Part shown: positions 20,253-29,909 of the stretch, one piece after another
Layout of the letters: every line of letters begins with the position of its first letter
Position numbering within the stretch: the stretch's first letter is position 1
Assembly: GCA_913045935.1 (NCBI GenBank)
Contig: CAJWSY010000002.1
Span: 19,181 to 83,180 of the forward strand
Direction of reading: 5' to 3'
Length of the DNA: 64,000 bases
From: an uncultured Chloroflexota bacterium
Lineage (GTDB): Bacteria > Chloroflexota > Dehalococcoidia > Lucifugimonadales > GCA-002694895
Position numbers and translations under genes: made by a program
Notes under the pieces: generated by a model
Databases searched by the model: none
Told to the model about the DNA's origin: nothing
Seen by the model: the letters and a program-made list of their open reading frames with translations, nothing else

Positions 20253-21320
20253 ATGAGAGCTCGAGAATTAATTAATTTTGATGGAATTACTGGTAATTAC
20301 AATTCTATAACCGATGTTGATAATGTTGAAGTCGGACATTCAACTATTATTTCTGGCGATGGTAATCTTATAGTAGGTAAAGGCCCAGTTCGAACAGGTG
20401 TTACTGTTATTTTTCCTAGAGGTAAAATAGAATCTCACATCCCAGTATTTGCAGCTTATGATGTTTTAAATGGAAACGGAGAAATGACAGGTACAATATG
20501 GGTAGAAGAATCAGGATTTTTAGAAACACCAATAGCTATTACTAATACCCACAGTGTGGGAATTGTTAGAGATTCTCTAATTAAATGGATTACATCAAAT
20601 TCGAAAGGTAAAGACCCCAAATTTAGTTTACCTCTAATTGCAGAAACTTATGATGGAGTACTTAATGACATAAATGGGCATCATGTTAATGAAAATCATG
20701 TTAATGAAGCTATTATTAACTCTAACAAATTTCCAATTCTTGAAGGAAATGTTGGTGGTGGAACCGGTATGATATGTCATCAATTCAAAGGAGGTATTGG
20801 AACTTCTTCTAGGATTATAACAATCAAAGAAAATTCTTATGTTGTTGGGACTCTAGTCCAAGCTAATTACGGAAAACGAGAGCAATTAACTATTAATGGT
20901 ATAAACGTAGGAAAACAATTAACAGATGACCTTCCGGAAATTAATGATGATTATCATCCTGGTGACGGATCAATAATAGTTATAGTAGCAACAAATGCTC
21001 CGCTTCTACCAACCCAATTAAAACGATTAGCAAAACGATCAAGTTTGGGAATATCAAAAACTGGAGGCATAGGTGCTAATGGTTCTGGTGATATATTTCT
21101 AGCCTTTTCAACTGCTAATAAAAGCGCATTTAACAGAGATGAAATTTCTAACATACAAATGATAAGCAATGATATGATTGACCCTTTATTATCTGCTGTC
21201 GTAGAAAGTACTGAAGAATCAATACTAAACGCAATGTTTTCTGCAAAAACTATGAAAGGAATAAACAATAATATAGTACATGAATTACCTGTTGATAAAC
21301 TTAAAAAAATTATTAATTAA
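20253..21320 (+). CDS. P1/S58 family peptidase (DmpA L-aminopeptidase/D-esterase)
   Basis: NSITDV, RTGVT, NGNGEMTG, GGGTGM, DG|SII autocleavage site, ATNAPL, GSGDIF. Confidence 0.93.
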   Translation: MRARELINFDGITGNYNSITDVDNVEVGHSTIISGDGNLIVGKGPVRTGVTVIFPRGKIESHIPVFAAYDVLNGNGEMTGTIWVEESGFLETPIAITNTHSVGIVRDSLIKWITSNSKGKDPKFSLPLIAETYDGVLNDINGHHVNENHVNEAIINSNKFPILEGNVGGGTGMICHQFKGGIGTSSRIITIKENSYVVGTLVQANYGKREQLTINGINVGKQLTDDLPEINDDYHPGDGSIIVIVATNAPLLPTQLKRLAKRSSLGISKTGGIGANGSGDIFLAFSTANKSAFNRDEISNIQMISNDMIDPLLSAVVESTEESILNAMFSAKTMKGINNNIVHELPVDKLKKIIN

Positions 21321-21322
21321 AT

Positions 21323-21667
21323 TTATTTATTTTTTTTAAAACCGAAATATTCTAAAAATGATTTTTTTGGTTTTGGCAATGCTAATGTCTGCTCTCTTAC
21401 TATCGAAATTAGTTCTCCAACCTGAAATTCTTTACTTTTTATTTCTTTTTTCAAGTTTGTATTTTCTTTTAATAAATCTTCATACTCGACATTATTTGTA
21501 GTTCTGTAGTAATTTAATGCTGTCGGTTTAATTTCTACATATCTTTTTTTACCAATGATTTTTGATTTGAATTTCGTACCATTTTTATCACTATTCATTA
21601 AATCTTCTACAGATTTCAGTGACATTCCCAATACATCAGATGTTTCTTTTATTGTTAATAATGCCAT
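21323..21667 (-). CDS. MerR/excisionase-like HTH protein with coiled coil and amphipathic C-terminal tail
   Basis: LTIKETSDVLGMS HTH, heptad region, KKSFLEYFGFKK tail. Confidence 0.65.
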   Translation of the reverse strand: MALLTIKETSDVLGMSLKSVEDLMNSDKNGTKFKSKIIGKKRYVEIKPTALNYYRTTNNVEYEDLLKENTNLKKEIKSKEFQVGELISIVREQTLALPKPKKSFLEYFGFKKNK

Positions 21668-21757
21668 TTTTTTCCCTTATATAAATTAAGAAATATAAAC
21701 TAAATTATCATATGAACTTTTATAGTTATATTAATCCTAAGGTCTTTTTTTATGGAA

Positions 21758-22126
21758 TTAAAATATTTTACTTGTTATAAAGCCTAAATATGCAAACATC
21801 AAACAAAATGTAATACTCAATACTATATTTAACATTCCTCTTATAATATTTCCATCTTGAAACAATATTAATGTTGTATAACTAAATGTAGAAAAAGTAG
21901 TAAATGAACCAAGTAATCCAATTGGGATTAATAATCTTAATTCTTCTGACATTACGTTTTTATCATTAAGGTATCCATAAAACAAAGCTATTAGAAACGA
22001 ACCTATCATGTTTACTAGCAATGTACCAAACATTTCGTGATAATATTTACTCATCAATAACCCTGAAAAATATCTAAGATTGGCTCCCAGAAACCCCCCT
22101 AACCCTATGATTAATATATTTGTCAT
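21758..22126 (-). CDS. crcB: Fluoride efflux channel Fluc
   Basis: GGFLGANLRY, GTLLVNMIGSF, GLLGSFTTFSTF. Confidence 0.95.
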   Translation of the reverse strand: MTNILIIGLGGFLGANLRYFSGLLMSKYYHEMFGTLLVNMIGSFLIALFYGYLNDKNVMSEELRLLIPIGLLGSFTTFSTFSYTTLILFQDGNIIRGMLNIVLSITFCLMFAYLGFITSKIF

Positions 22127-22130
22127 TTAT

Positions 22131-22289
22131 CTATAATCCATTATTGTTTTTATTAAGTTCAGGATATAACTCAAATAGCAAAGTAGTTAAATATTCATTG
22201 TTTTCTTTTTCGTTATCTATTTCTTTTGATTTATCATTTTCGTCAACTATAAATCCTAACAATGATTTTTCATTTTCATTTTTATTCAT
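22131..22289 (-). CDS. Small acidic hypothetical protein, 52 aa (not in ORF track)
   Basis: AGGAG SD then MNKNENEKSLLGFIVDENDKSKEIDNEKENNEYLTTLLFELYPELNKNNNGL*; fills the gap between co-directional genes. Confidence 0.6.
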   Translation of the reverse strand: MNKNENEKSLLGFIVDENDKSKEIDNEKENNEYLTTLLFELYPELNKNNNGL

Positions 22290-22302
22290 AATCGTTTTTC
22301 TC

Positions 22303-23079
22303 CTATGGCAATAAAAATAGTTTTAATAAAATTAATGTGAGAGGTGTCTTTTTATACATACTTATAGACATCTTTCTGTTTTGCTGATCTAAATCTGGCA
22401 ATCGGGATTCGATTTCAAGTAACAATCCGTATTTACTATTTATAAATTGTTCTATCTCAGCTTTAGAACCTCTAATAGTTAAATTTGATATGTAGATTTG
22501 TTCACTTTCATTTATATTAGAATTCTCATTTTCTCTATCTACAAAAAAATCTTTTTCAGTAAAATTGCTAATATCCAATAAATCAATCAAATCAAATCGT
22601 AACTGAGGAGTTAAATTGTTGATTCTTCGTCTAAATTTTTTTCTATCTATATTTTTGTAGGGCTTTTCGTAATCAATAATTTTTCTGATTTCGTTAAATT
22701 TAGAAACACCTGTGATATCAGACAATAAATTAAAACCAGAAATTGCAGCTAACCATGGTTCTGATATTTCTTTATCCATTAAATTGCGTTGTTCAATTTC
22801 ATTTAGAAATGTAATTGTGTTGGACAAATTATTCTTATAAGCCATTGAAATACAAAACATTATTTGAGGAATTACTTCTTTTGAAAAAATACCACTCAAT
22901 CTATTGAAATCAAATTCTATCTCATTTACCTGATCCTCTTTCTTGTTTTTAAGATTAATACCAGAGACCCATCGCCTAACAGTCCTCTCTCCACAGCCTA
23001 ATTCCGTTGCTATTTCTTTTTGAGTAAACCCCATGCTTTTTAACTCTATTGCTTTAGACTTTATTTTTGTGTCGTACAT
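22303..23079 (-). CDS. N-terminal HTH DNA-binding protein with unknown C-terminal domain
   Basis: GFTQKEIATELGCGERTVRRW helix-turn-helix. Confidence 0.7.
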   Translation of the reverse strand: MYDTKIKSKAIELKSMGFTQKEIATELGCGERTVRRWVSGINLKNKKEDQVNEIEFDFNRLSGIFSKEVIPQIMFCISMAYKNNLSNTITFLNEIEQRNLMDKEISEPWLAAISGFNLLSDITGVSKFNEIRKIIDYEKPYKNIDRKKFRRRINNLTPQLRFDLIDLLDISNFTEKDFFVDRENENSNINESEQIYISNLTIRGSKAEIEQFINSKYGLLLEIESRLPDLDQQNRKMSISMYKKTPLTLILLKLFLLP

Positions 23080-23262
23080 TGGCCTTTTTGTTTTTATTTA
23101 TGGCCTATTTAATCATCAAAAGCGGCCAATGTCAAGCTTTTGATTTGTTTATTTTAAACGTAATATCTGTATATTAGATTTTACAGGAGAGATCATGTAA
23201 GAAAGAATATTGTATTGTAGTAATTTTGTAATAATAGGCCATTTAAGATAATATTTTAGGCC
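23076..23262. promoter_or_regulatory. Intergenic element with phased GGCC motifs and nested inverted repeats
   Basis: GGCC at 23081, 23102, 23124, 23237 and 23259; IRs ACATTGGCC/GGCCAATGT, ATCAAAAGC/GCTTTTGAT, TGGCCTATT/AATAGGCCA. Confidence 0.45.
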
Positions 23263-23265
23263 GTT

Positions 23266-23589
23266 TTAGGCTTTTTTATTTCCGTGTCTGTATTTTCTTG
23301 ATCTGTTATATTGTATTTTTTCTTCTAAAGCGTTTTGTAAATCTAATTTGTATTTTCCTGAAAGATCAAATATCCGTATAAGTGCATCTGCCAATTCAAC
23401 TACAAATCCTTCAGGTTTTCCATTTTCGTATCTTATATTTAAATTATCGTTAATTCTGTATTCCTCTAAAGCCTCACTCAATTCACTGTGAATCAGTGCA
23501 ATCATTTCAGGTATTTCTCTATCTTTATCCCACCAACCTTTTTCTTTTGCTATATTATGAGATAAATTAATTAAATTGTTTATTTCCAT
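23266..23589 (-). CDS. MazG-like nucleotide pyrophosphohydrolase
   Basis: KGWW, ALIHSELSEALE, ELADALIRIFD, KIQYNRSR.YRHG. Confidence 0.85.
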   Translation of the reverse strand: MEINNLINLSHNIAKEKGWWDKDREIPEMIALIHSELSEALEEYRINDNLNIRYENGKPEGFVVELADALIRIFDLSGKYKLDLQNALEEKIQYNRSRKYRHGNKKA

Positions 23590-23603
23590 ACTTTATATCC
23601 TCG

Positions 23604-24839
23604 TTAATTAACTGCTCTAATTTGTTTTTGTGTTATTAAAAATAACAAGCTAAATACAAATAAGATTATTGATAGTATCATAATAGTAGTTGGGGCACCA
23701 ATTATGTCAGCAAGTATACCTGAAGGCAATGCCCCTAATGGAATTAATCCCCAATTTAACATATATATACTCATAATTCTTCCTCTAAGATCTGGTCTTG
23801 ATTTTTCCATAACAATACTCATTGAAAGTGTTCTTCTAATTGAATCCGATGCTCCAAGAAATACCATAAAAACCATAGATAAATAATAAGACTCGATAAA
23901 TGATAGTACAAATAACGAAATTGCAGTTAGGAATCCGCCTAATAAATAAATTATTCCTCTCTTATTATTATCGTTCCCAGCTATAAATATGGAAGTTATT
24001 ACTGAACCAAGCCCCATAAGTGTTGTAAGAATCCCCATTGCTTCGGGGCCTTGTAAATAAATATCTTTAACAAAAATAGGCAGTAAAAATCTAAATGGCT
24101 CTGCAAACAAACTGGAAATTAAAGAAGTTATAAGCATAGAAAATAAAATCTTTTCTTTATACATATATTTTATGCCTATTTGGATTTCAGATATTATTTT
24201 ATTATCTTTTGTATTATTTATTTGTGTGTTTTTTTGAACAAATCTCATGTCATTTGTAATCAAAAAAGTAAACATAACCCCGACAAGAGCTAAGCAGCCT
24301 ATTGTGCAATAAACAATACCGGGACCAAAAAATCCATATATAACGCCAGCTATAGATGGTGCTATTAAATTAGAAACATTGAAACCTGCTGAATTTAAAG
24401 CAATTGATTTACTTAAATGTTTTGAAGGAACTAATTCTGCAATAAAAGAATGTCGAGCTGGAACCATAAAAGACCAGATACCGCCCTGAATGAAAGATAC
24501 CATTAATAAATGAGTCCAATCTATGAATCCAGAAAGAATTAAAGCAGCTATTATAAATCCCATGGAACTAGCTAGCATTTGTGCTACTGTAATTATTCTT
24601 TGTTTATCTAACCTGTCTGAAAGGGCACCTCCAAATAAAGATAATGATAACATTGGGAATGCAAATGCAACGTTTACGTAAGTTAATTTTGACGCAGAAT
24701 TAGTTAGATCGTAAGCTAGATATCCTCGTGCAGTCATCTGCATCATTGTTGCTATCCCAACAGTTACCATTCCAATCCATAAATATAGATAGCCTCTATA
24801 ATATAATGGTTTAATTGAATTAGATAAAAAACCGAACAT
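23604..24839 (-). CDS. MFS transporter
   Basis: GGALSDRLDK, PARHSF, LRGRIMS; about 12 TM segments. Confidence 0.9.
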   Translation of the reverse strand: MFGFLSNSIKPLYYRGYLYLWIGMVTVGIATMMQMTARGYLAYDLTNSASKLTYVNVAFAFPMLSLSLFGGALSDRLDKQRIITVAQMLASSMGFIIAALILSGFIDWTHLLMVSFIQGGIWSFMVPARHSFIAELVPSKHLSKSIALNSAGFNVSNLIAPSIAGVIYGFFGPGIVYCTIGCLALVGVMFTFLITNDMRFVQKNTQINNTKDNKIISEIQIGIKYMYKEKILFSMLITSLISSLFAEPFRFLLPIFVKDIYLQGPEAMGILTTLMGLGSVITSIFIAGNDNNKRGIIYLLGGFLTAISLFVLSFIESYYLSMVFMVFLGASDSIRRTLSMSIVMEKSRPDLRGRIMSIYMLNWGLIPLGALPSGILADIIGAPTTIMILSIILFVFSLLFLITQKQIRAVN

Positions 24840-24947
24840 TATTGAAGATTAGACTACTTATTTGAAAATTAAAAGTGGATTTCAAACGATAATAGAAAAA
24901 TATCATTTAAAACAATATAATAGAAGAAATAATTATCTGAGGACATT

Positions 24948-25850
24948 TTGGATACAAACTTAAATACTTTTTTACCACAAACAGAAATAGCTGTAATTTT
25001 TGATTTTGATATTACTTTGACACCTAAGTACATGCAATCAATTATATTTGACAGATTCAACATAGATGAAAATAATTTTTGGTCTGAAACTGAAGATTTG
25101 AAATTACAAGGTTATGATAGTGAGCATGCATATATTAAAAATCTAATTAGCTATATTAGATCAGGCAAAATTAATAAATTATCTAATCAAGATTTAATCA
25201 AATTGGGATCTGAGTTGGAATTTCATAAAGGATTCCCTAATATTCTCGACAGATTAAAAGACATCCCAGATCAAACAAATGAAATCAGTCCTAAAGTAAA
25301 ATTTTATGTAATCAGTTCAGGATTTGAGGATATGATAAAAGGCTCTAAAGTATATCCAAGGTTAAAACGACTTTGGGGTTGCACCTTTGATGAAAATGAA
25401 AAAGGTAATATAGATTTTCCTAAAGAAACTATTTCATCTACAACAAAAACTCAAAAATTATTTCTTATAAATAAAGGACTGCTTAAAAATGAAGATAGTT
25501 TGAGTGTAAATGATTTTATGCCATATGAAAGCAGGCCTGTCCCTTTTAAAAACATGATATACGTTGGAGATGGCCCCACGGATGTCCCGTGTTTTTCCCT
25601 TTTAATGCAAAATGGTGGACAATCAGTGGCAGTTTATGAACCTAAAGATAAAAAAGCATTTGATGAGTGTTATAGATTAGTAGTTGAATCTAAAAGGGCT
25701 GATGTCATGTGTCCAGCTGATTATTCAGAAGATAGTCAATTGTATTTATCTTTATCCAAAATGATTGAAAAAATATCTGATAATATAAATTCTGACATTG
25801 AAAATTCTAAATCTAAGGGATTAATTAAAAGTCCAGAACATTTAAATTAA
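24948..25850 (+). CDS. HAD-superfamily hydrolase
   Basis: FDFDITL, VISSG, KTQ, YVGDGPTDVP. Confidence 0.85.
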   Translation: MDTNLNTFLPQTEIAVIFDFDITLTPKYMQSIIFDRFNIDENNFWSETEDLKLQGYDSEHAYIKNLISYIRSGKINKLSNQDLIKLGSELEFHKGFPNILDRLKDIPDQTNEISPKVKFYVISSGFEDMIKGSKVYPRLKRLWGCTFDENEKGNIDFPKETISSTTKTQKLFLINKGLLKNEDSLSVNDFMPYESRPVPFKNMIYVGDGPTDVPCFSLLMQNGGQSVAVYEPKDKKAFDECYRLVVESKRADVMCPADYSEDSQLYLSLSKMIEKISDNINSDIENSKSKGLIKSPEHLN

Positions 25851-27202
25851 TTACATCTTTTGTTTTTACAAGATGCTACTTTCAAAGCTCCTATTTTTGA
25901 ATCGTAGTATGAAATATATAACTTTCCATCCTTATTTGCATCCAATGACGCGTAAGTTCCTAAATCTCCAACTTTATCAATATAAATGATTTCTTTATCA
26001 TTACATAATCTGTTTTCACAATAAACTATTCCTAACGAACTAGAGGACATGTCATAAAATGATATGATTGTATTATTTAAATTGTTAGTAGTTATTGAAT
26101 TCCAACTATAAAATATTCCTGGTAAATTTTTTGCCTCAATTAAATTAGAAATTGATTTGTTTTTATCACAATCAGATTCAGCGCATATAGCTAATTTTAA
26201 ATAATTGTTTTTGAAATCATAGTAACTTATATATAAATCATTTTTAGAATTTTGGTAAATAGAAATATCTCCTCCTTCTGAGGATACATCATCAATAATA
26301 TGCGATGTAAAATTTTCACATAAAATGTCGTCACATATTAATAATTTGACCTGCATATTAGATCTGTCTTGATAAGCAATAATTGGATTATCTGTTATTT
26401 GGTCTAACACCATATCTGTATATTCTCCTACCATTCCCTCTGATACAACAGCCCTGTTTATAAAATTAGTGCAATCTGTGTCTTCACAACTAGCGATCTT
26501 CAAATCGTTTTTACCTGAATCAAAATATGAAATAATTGGGTTACCAGATTTTGTAAGTGATAATGAGTTGTATTCACCAACATAACCACCTTTACCTTCA
26601 CCTCTATCTAAAACATTTATTTGTGCACGTCCACATTTTGAATCAAGACACCTAATTACTCTTAAATCTCCTTTTTTCCGATCAATATAGCTAATATAAA
26701 TTTTGCCCCCTGCAGAGCTAGCAATATCAGTGTAATAACCAAAATCTCCGGCCCAATCGAGTAGATGGATTTTTGCTTTGGAGCAATCTGTGTCCTGACA
26801 GTAGGCTAATTTAAGATCGCCTGCATTTAAATGATGGTAGCTAATAACAGGGAATCCGTCTTTATTCATTGCTATTGAGTTTGAGTAACCGACTAGTCCA
26901 TCTCTATCTAATTCAGAAATATAAATATTTTTATTTTGTGATTTGTTAAGGCTAAATATTTGACCTTCTATCCCATCATATTTATTATCACTAGAAATTT
27001 CTGTTTCAAGTTCTCCAACAATTCCTTTGTGTCCAAATTCACCTTTGTCAGGTGCAGCTTTTCCGCCCTCAGAAGTGAAATTTATATCCACATTATAAAG
27101 AATAATTAAAACAAGGCTAACTGCAATTACCCAATAAGCAAAAAAGGAGCTTTTGACAATAGATTTAATTATAAGTGCTAAATTTAGTATTTGTTTTTGC
27201 AT
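25847..27202 (-). CDS. Membrane-anchored protein with seven ~50-aa repeats, each carrying CxxxxC (probable beta-propeller)
   Basis: N-terminal TM segment; seven copies of G.Y.S/D....G.P.ISY.D....DLK.A.CxxxxC. Confidence 0.75.
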   Translation of the reverse strand: MQKQILNLALIIKSIVKSSFFAYWVIAVSLVLIILYNVDINFTSEGGKAAPDKGEFGHKGIVGELETEISSDNKYDGIEGQIFSLNKSQNKNIYISELDRDGLVGYSNSIAMNKDGFPVISYHHLNAGDLKLAYCQDTDCSKAKIHLLDWAGDFGYYTDIASSAGGKIYISYIDRKKGDLRVIRCLDSKCGRAQINVLDRGEGKGGYVGEYNSLSLTKSGNPIISYFDSGKNDLKIASCEDTDCTNFINRAVVSEGMVGEYTDMVLDQITDNPIIAYQDRSNMQVKLLICDDILCENFTSHIIDDVSSEGGDISIYQNSKNDLYISYYDFKNNYLKLAICAESDCDKNKSISNLIEAKNLPGIFYSWNSITTNNLNNTIISFYDMSSSSLGIVYCENRLCNDKEIIYIDKVGDLGTYASLDANKDGKLYISYYDSKIGALKVASCKNKRCN

Positions 27203-27257
27203 TTTAATAGGTAGAATGTATTGGGACTTAAATTATATCAGCTAAATTAATATTATT

Positions 27258-28454
27258 ATGCCAATATTCAACCTTTTACAGCAAAAAGATTTCAGATTAT
27301 TTATTATAGGAAATTCAATAAATGAACTAGCTTTTATGTCTAGATTGACAGCTATAGGCTGGCTTTCGTACGAAATTAGTGATTCTGCCATGTTTGTTGG
27401 ATTAGTAGCAACTTCGGCAAGTTTATCTATGTCAATTTTTTCATTTTTTGGAGGCGTATTAGCTGATAAAATTTCAAAGCCCAAATTAATATTTGTTAGT
27501 AAATTTATAGAAAGTTTTATTATATTATTTACTGCTTTTTTGATTCAGTCAGATAAATTAAATGAATTATCTTTATTAATTTTAATGTTTTGTATGGGTA
27601 TCATGGCAGCTTTATACATACCAAGCCGTTTGGGATTTGTTAAAGAATTAGTAGGTGCAAGATTACTTCTTTCAGCAAATGCTGTCGATTTTGGGTTTAT
27701 GACACTTATTGGAGCTTTTACTCCAGCTATAACTGGTTTGATAATAGAAAATTTTTCTGTGCAAATCAGCTTGTATTTTTCTTTTTTTGCATATTCTATT
27801 CACAATATTATAATCTTATTTCTTAGAAATAAAGGGATAGTTTACAAGATTAGAAATCAACTTAAAATTTTTGAATCAATTAGATTTATATTGAGACTTA
27901 ATATAGTTCAGTATTTACTTCTAATGATGTTGGCTGTGGCTATTTTAGTATGGGGATTAGAAACTCTAGCTCCTGTTATAGCTAAAGATATATTTGAATT
28001 AGGCCCTACAGGATTTGGAATTTTACTTTCTATTGGCAGTCTTGGTGCTGCTATTTCAAGTTTCTCCATAGCAAGTTTTAATGATTTAAATATAAACAAA
28101 TTATTATTTTCAAGTCTTGTAGGAGCAGGAATTTCTTTAATTGTTTTTGCTTTCGTAAACAACTATGTACTTGGGATAGCTATATTTGGATTGATTTTTG
28201 CCTTTGGTGCTGCATCAGAAAACGCAGTTTCTACTCTTACTCAAAATTCTGTTCCAGATAGTATGCGGGGTAAGGTTATTTCTTTGCAAACATTAACTTG
28301 GGGATTTTCTGGATTGTCAGGCTTGTTAGGTGGATATCTTTCAGAAATTTATAGTATCCAAATAGTAATTTTTTGCGCAGGAATTTTGATCATATTTTTT
28401 TCACCTATAGTAAAACCTATTGCGATTAATAGTCAAAGAATGAAAATAATGTAA
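27258..28454 (+). CDS. MFS transporter
   Basis: GGVLADKISK, PSRLGF, MRGKVIS. Confidence 0.9.
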   Translation: MPIFNLLQQKDFRLFIIGNSINELAFMSRLTAIGWLSYEISDSAMFVGLVATSASLSMSIFSFFGGVLADKISKPKLIFVSKFIESFIILFTAFLIQSDKLNELSLLILMFCMGIMAALYIPSRLGFVKELVGARLLLSANAVDFGFMTLIGAFTPAITGLIIENFSVQISLYFSFFAYSIHNIIILFLRNKGIVYKIRNQLKIFESIRFILRLNIVQYLLLMMLAVAILVWGLETLAPVIAKDIFELGPTGFGILLSIGSLGAAISSFSIASFNDLNINKLLFSSLVGAGISLIVFAFVNNYVLGIAIFGLIFAFGAASENAVSTLTQNSVPDSMRGKVISLQTLTWGFSGLSGLLGGYLSEIYSIQIVIFCAGILIIFFSPIVKPIAINSQRMKIM

Positions 28455-28485
28455 TAATAATATTAAAAATTTTATTGGTGAAAAA

Positions 28486-29901
28486 ATGCATGAGTTAATA
28501 AAGAAATCAGCAACAGAAATAAGAAATATGTTGTTAAATAAAGAAATCAAACCATCAGAGCTTGTTCAAATAAGCTTAGATAGAATTAATGAGGTAGATC
28601 CTGTAATTAATGCTATGCCCACAATCTGTGCCGAAAGAGCCATGGAACATGCAAAAAAAATTGAAAACGATAATAACGCAAATCAAAACTCTTTTAATAA
28701 TCTTGCTGGGATACCAATTTCGATTAAAGATCTGGTACCAGTTCAAGGAGTGAAAACTACTTGGGGATCACCATTATTTAAGGATCATATTCCTGAAAAA
28801 TCTGATTTTCTTGTTGAAAGATTAGAACAAAATGGTGGAATTGTAATGGGGAAATCTAATACCCCTGAATTCGGCGCTGGTGCAAATACATTCAATGAAG
28901 TTTTTGGTCCATCACTAAGTCCTTGGAATACAAAGAAAACTGTAGGCGGGTCTTCCGGTGGAGCTGCTTCGTCATTATTAAGTGGAGAAGTATGGCTAGC
29001 TTCAGGTAGTGATACAGGTGGAAGTCTAAGAATACCTGGTAGCTTTTGTTCAGTTGTAGGATTTCGCCCATCTCCTGGGACAGTACCTACAGGACCAGGT
29101 AATTCTCCGTTTGATTCATTGTCAGTATCGGGACCAATGGCTAGAAACGTTGAAGATACTGCTTTAATGCTTAATGCTATGACTGGATATTATGAATTTG
29201 ATCCTTATAGTAAAAAAGATACACCAAATTATTTAGATGCAGTGAGCAATCCCAAAATTCCAAAAAAAATTGCTTATTCTTTTGATTTAGGAGGAGAGCC
29301 ATTAGACCCGAGAGTTAGAAAAGGGTTTGAAGATGGTTTAAAAGTATTTGAATCAATGGGAGTAGAATTGATCGAGGATTGTATAGATTTTAGCGAAGCT
29401 CATTATTTGATTCGAATCCTAAGATCTCTTAAATTCGCAGCACAAGCTGATAGGTTGAAAAATCATAGAGATCAACTAAAACCAGAAATAATTTGGAATA
29501 TTGAAACTGGTCTTAAATTAACTGGTGAAGAAATTGCTAAAGCTGAATTAATTAGAGGAAAACTTTTTAACGATACAGCAGAATTTTTTAACAAGTATGA
29601 TATGTTTATCTGTCCAACAGTAATGGTTCCGCCTTTTGATGTGGAAATTAGATACTTAGATGAAGTTGAAGGAGTTAAGTTTGATGATTATATTACATGG
29701 CTTTACTATACTCATTCTATAACTTTAACTTCTACTCCAAGTGTATCTTTGCCATGTAGTTTTACTGATGATGGATTACCTATAGGTATTCAGTTAGTTA
29801 CAGAGTGTAACAATGAATTTGATTTGTTATCTTATAGCCAATCTTTTGAGAATTACAATTCATATGTTTTAGAAACACCAATAGATCCTATAATTAATTA
29901 A
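28486..29901 (+). CDS. Amidase signature family enzyme
   Basis: IKDL, GKSNTPEF, GGSSGG, GSDTGGSLRIP. Confidence 0.93.
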   Translation: MHELIKKSATEIRNMLLNKEIKPSELVQISLDRINEVDPVINAMPTICAERAMEHAKKIENDNNANQNSFNNLAGIPISIKDLVPVQGVKTTWGSPLFKDHIPEKSDFLVERLEQNGGIVMGKSNTPEFGAGANTFNEVFGPSLSPWNTKKTVGGSSGGAASSLLSGEVWLASGSDTGGSLRIPGSFCSVVGFRPSPGTVPTGPGNSPFDSLSVSGPMARNVEDTALMLNAMTGYYEFDPYSKKDTPNYLDAVSNPKIPKKIAYSFDLGGEPLDPRVRKGFEDGLKVFESMGVELIEDCIDFSEAHYLIRILRSLKFAAQADRLKNHRDQLKPEIIWNIETGLKLTGEEIAKAELIRGKLFNDTAEFFNKYDMFICPTVMVPPFDVEIRYLDEVEGVKFDDYITWLYYTHSITLTSTPSVSLPCSFTDDGLPIGIQLVTECNNEFDLLSYSQSFENYNSYVLETPIDPIIN

Positions 29902-29909
29902 GAAAATGA

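Noticed and set aside
23076-23262. Mini CRISPR array
   Set aside because: The repeated core is only 4-9 bp with 21-22 bp period, and there are no cas genes.
22127-23265. Fluoride riboswitch upstream of crcB
   Set aside because: No GGCGAUGG...UGAUG-type consensus found; the space directly upstream holds a small ORF.
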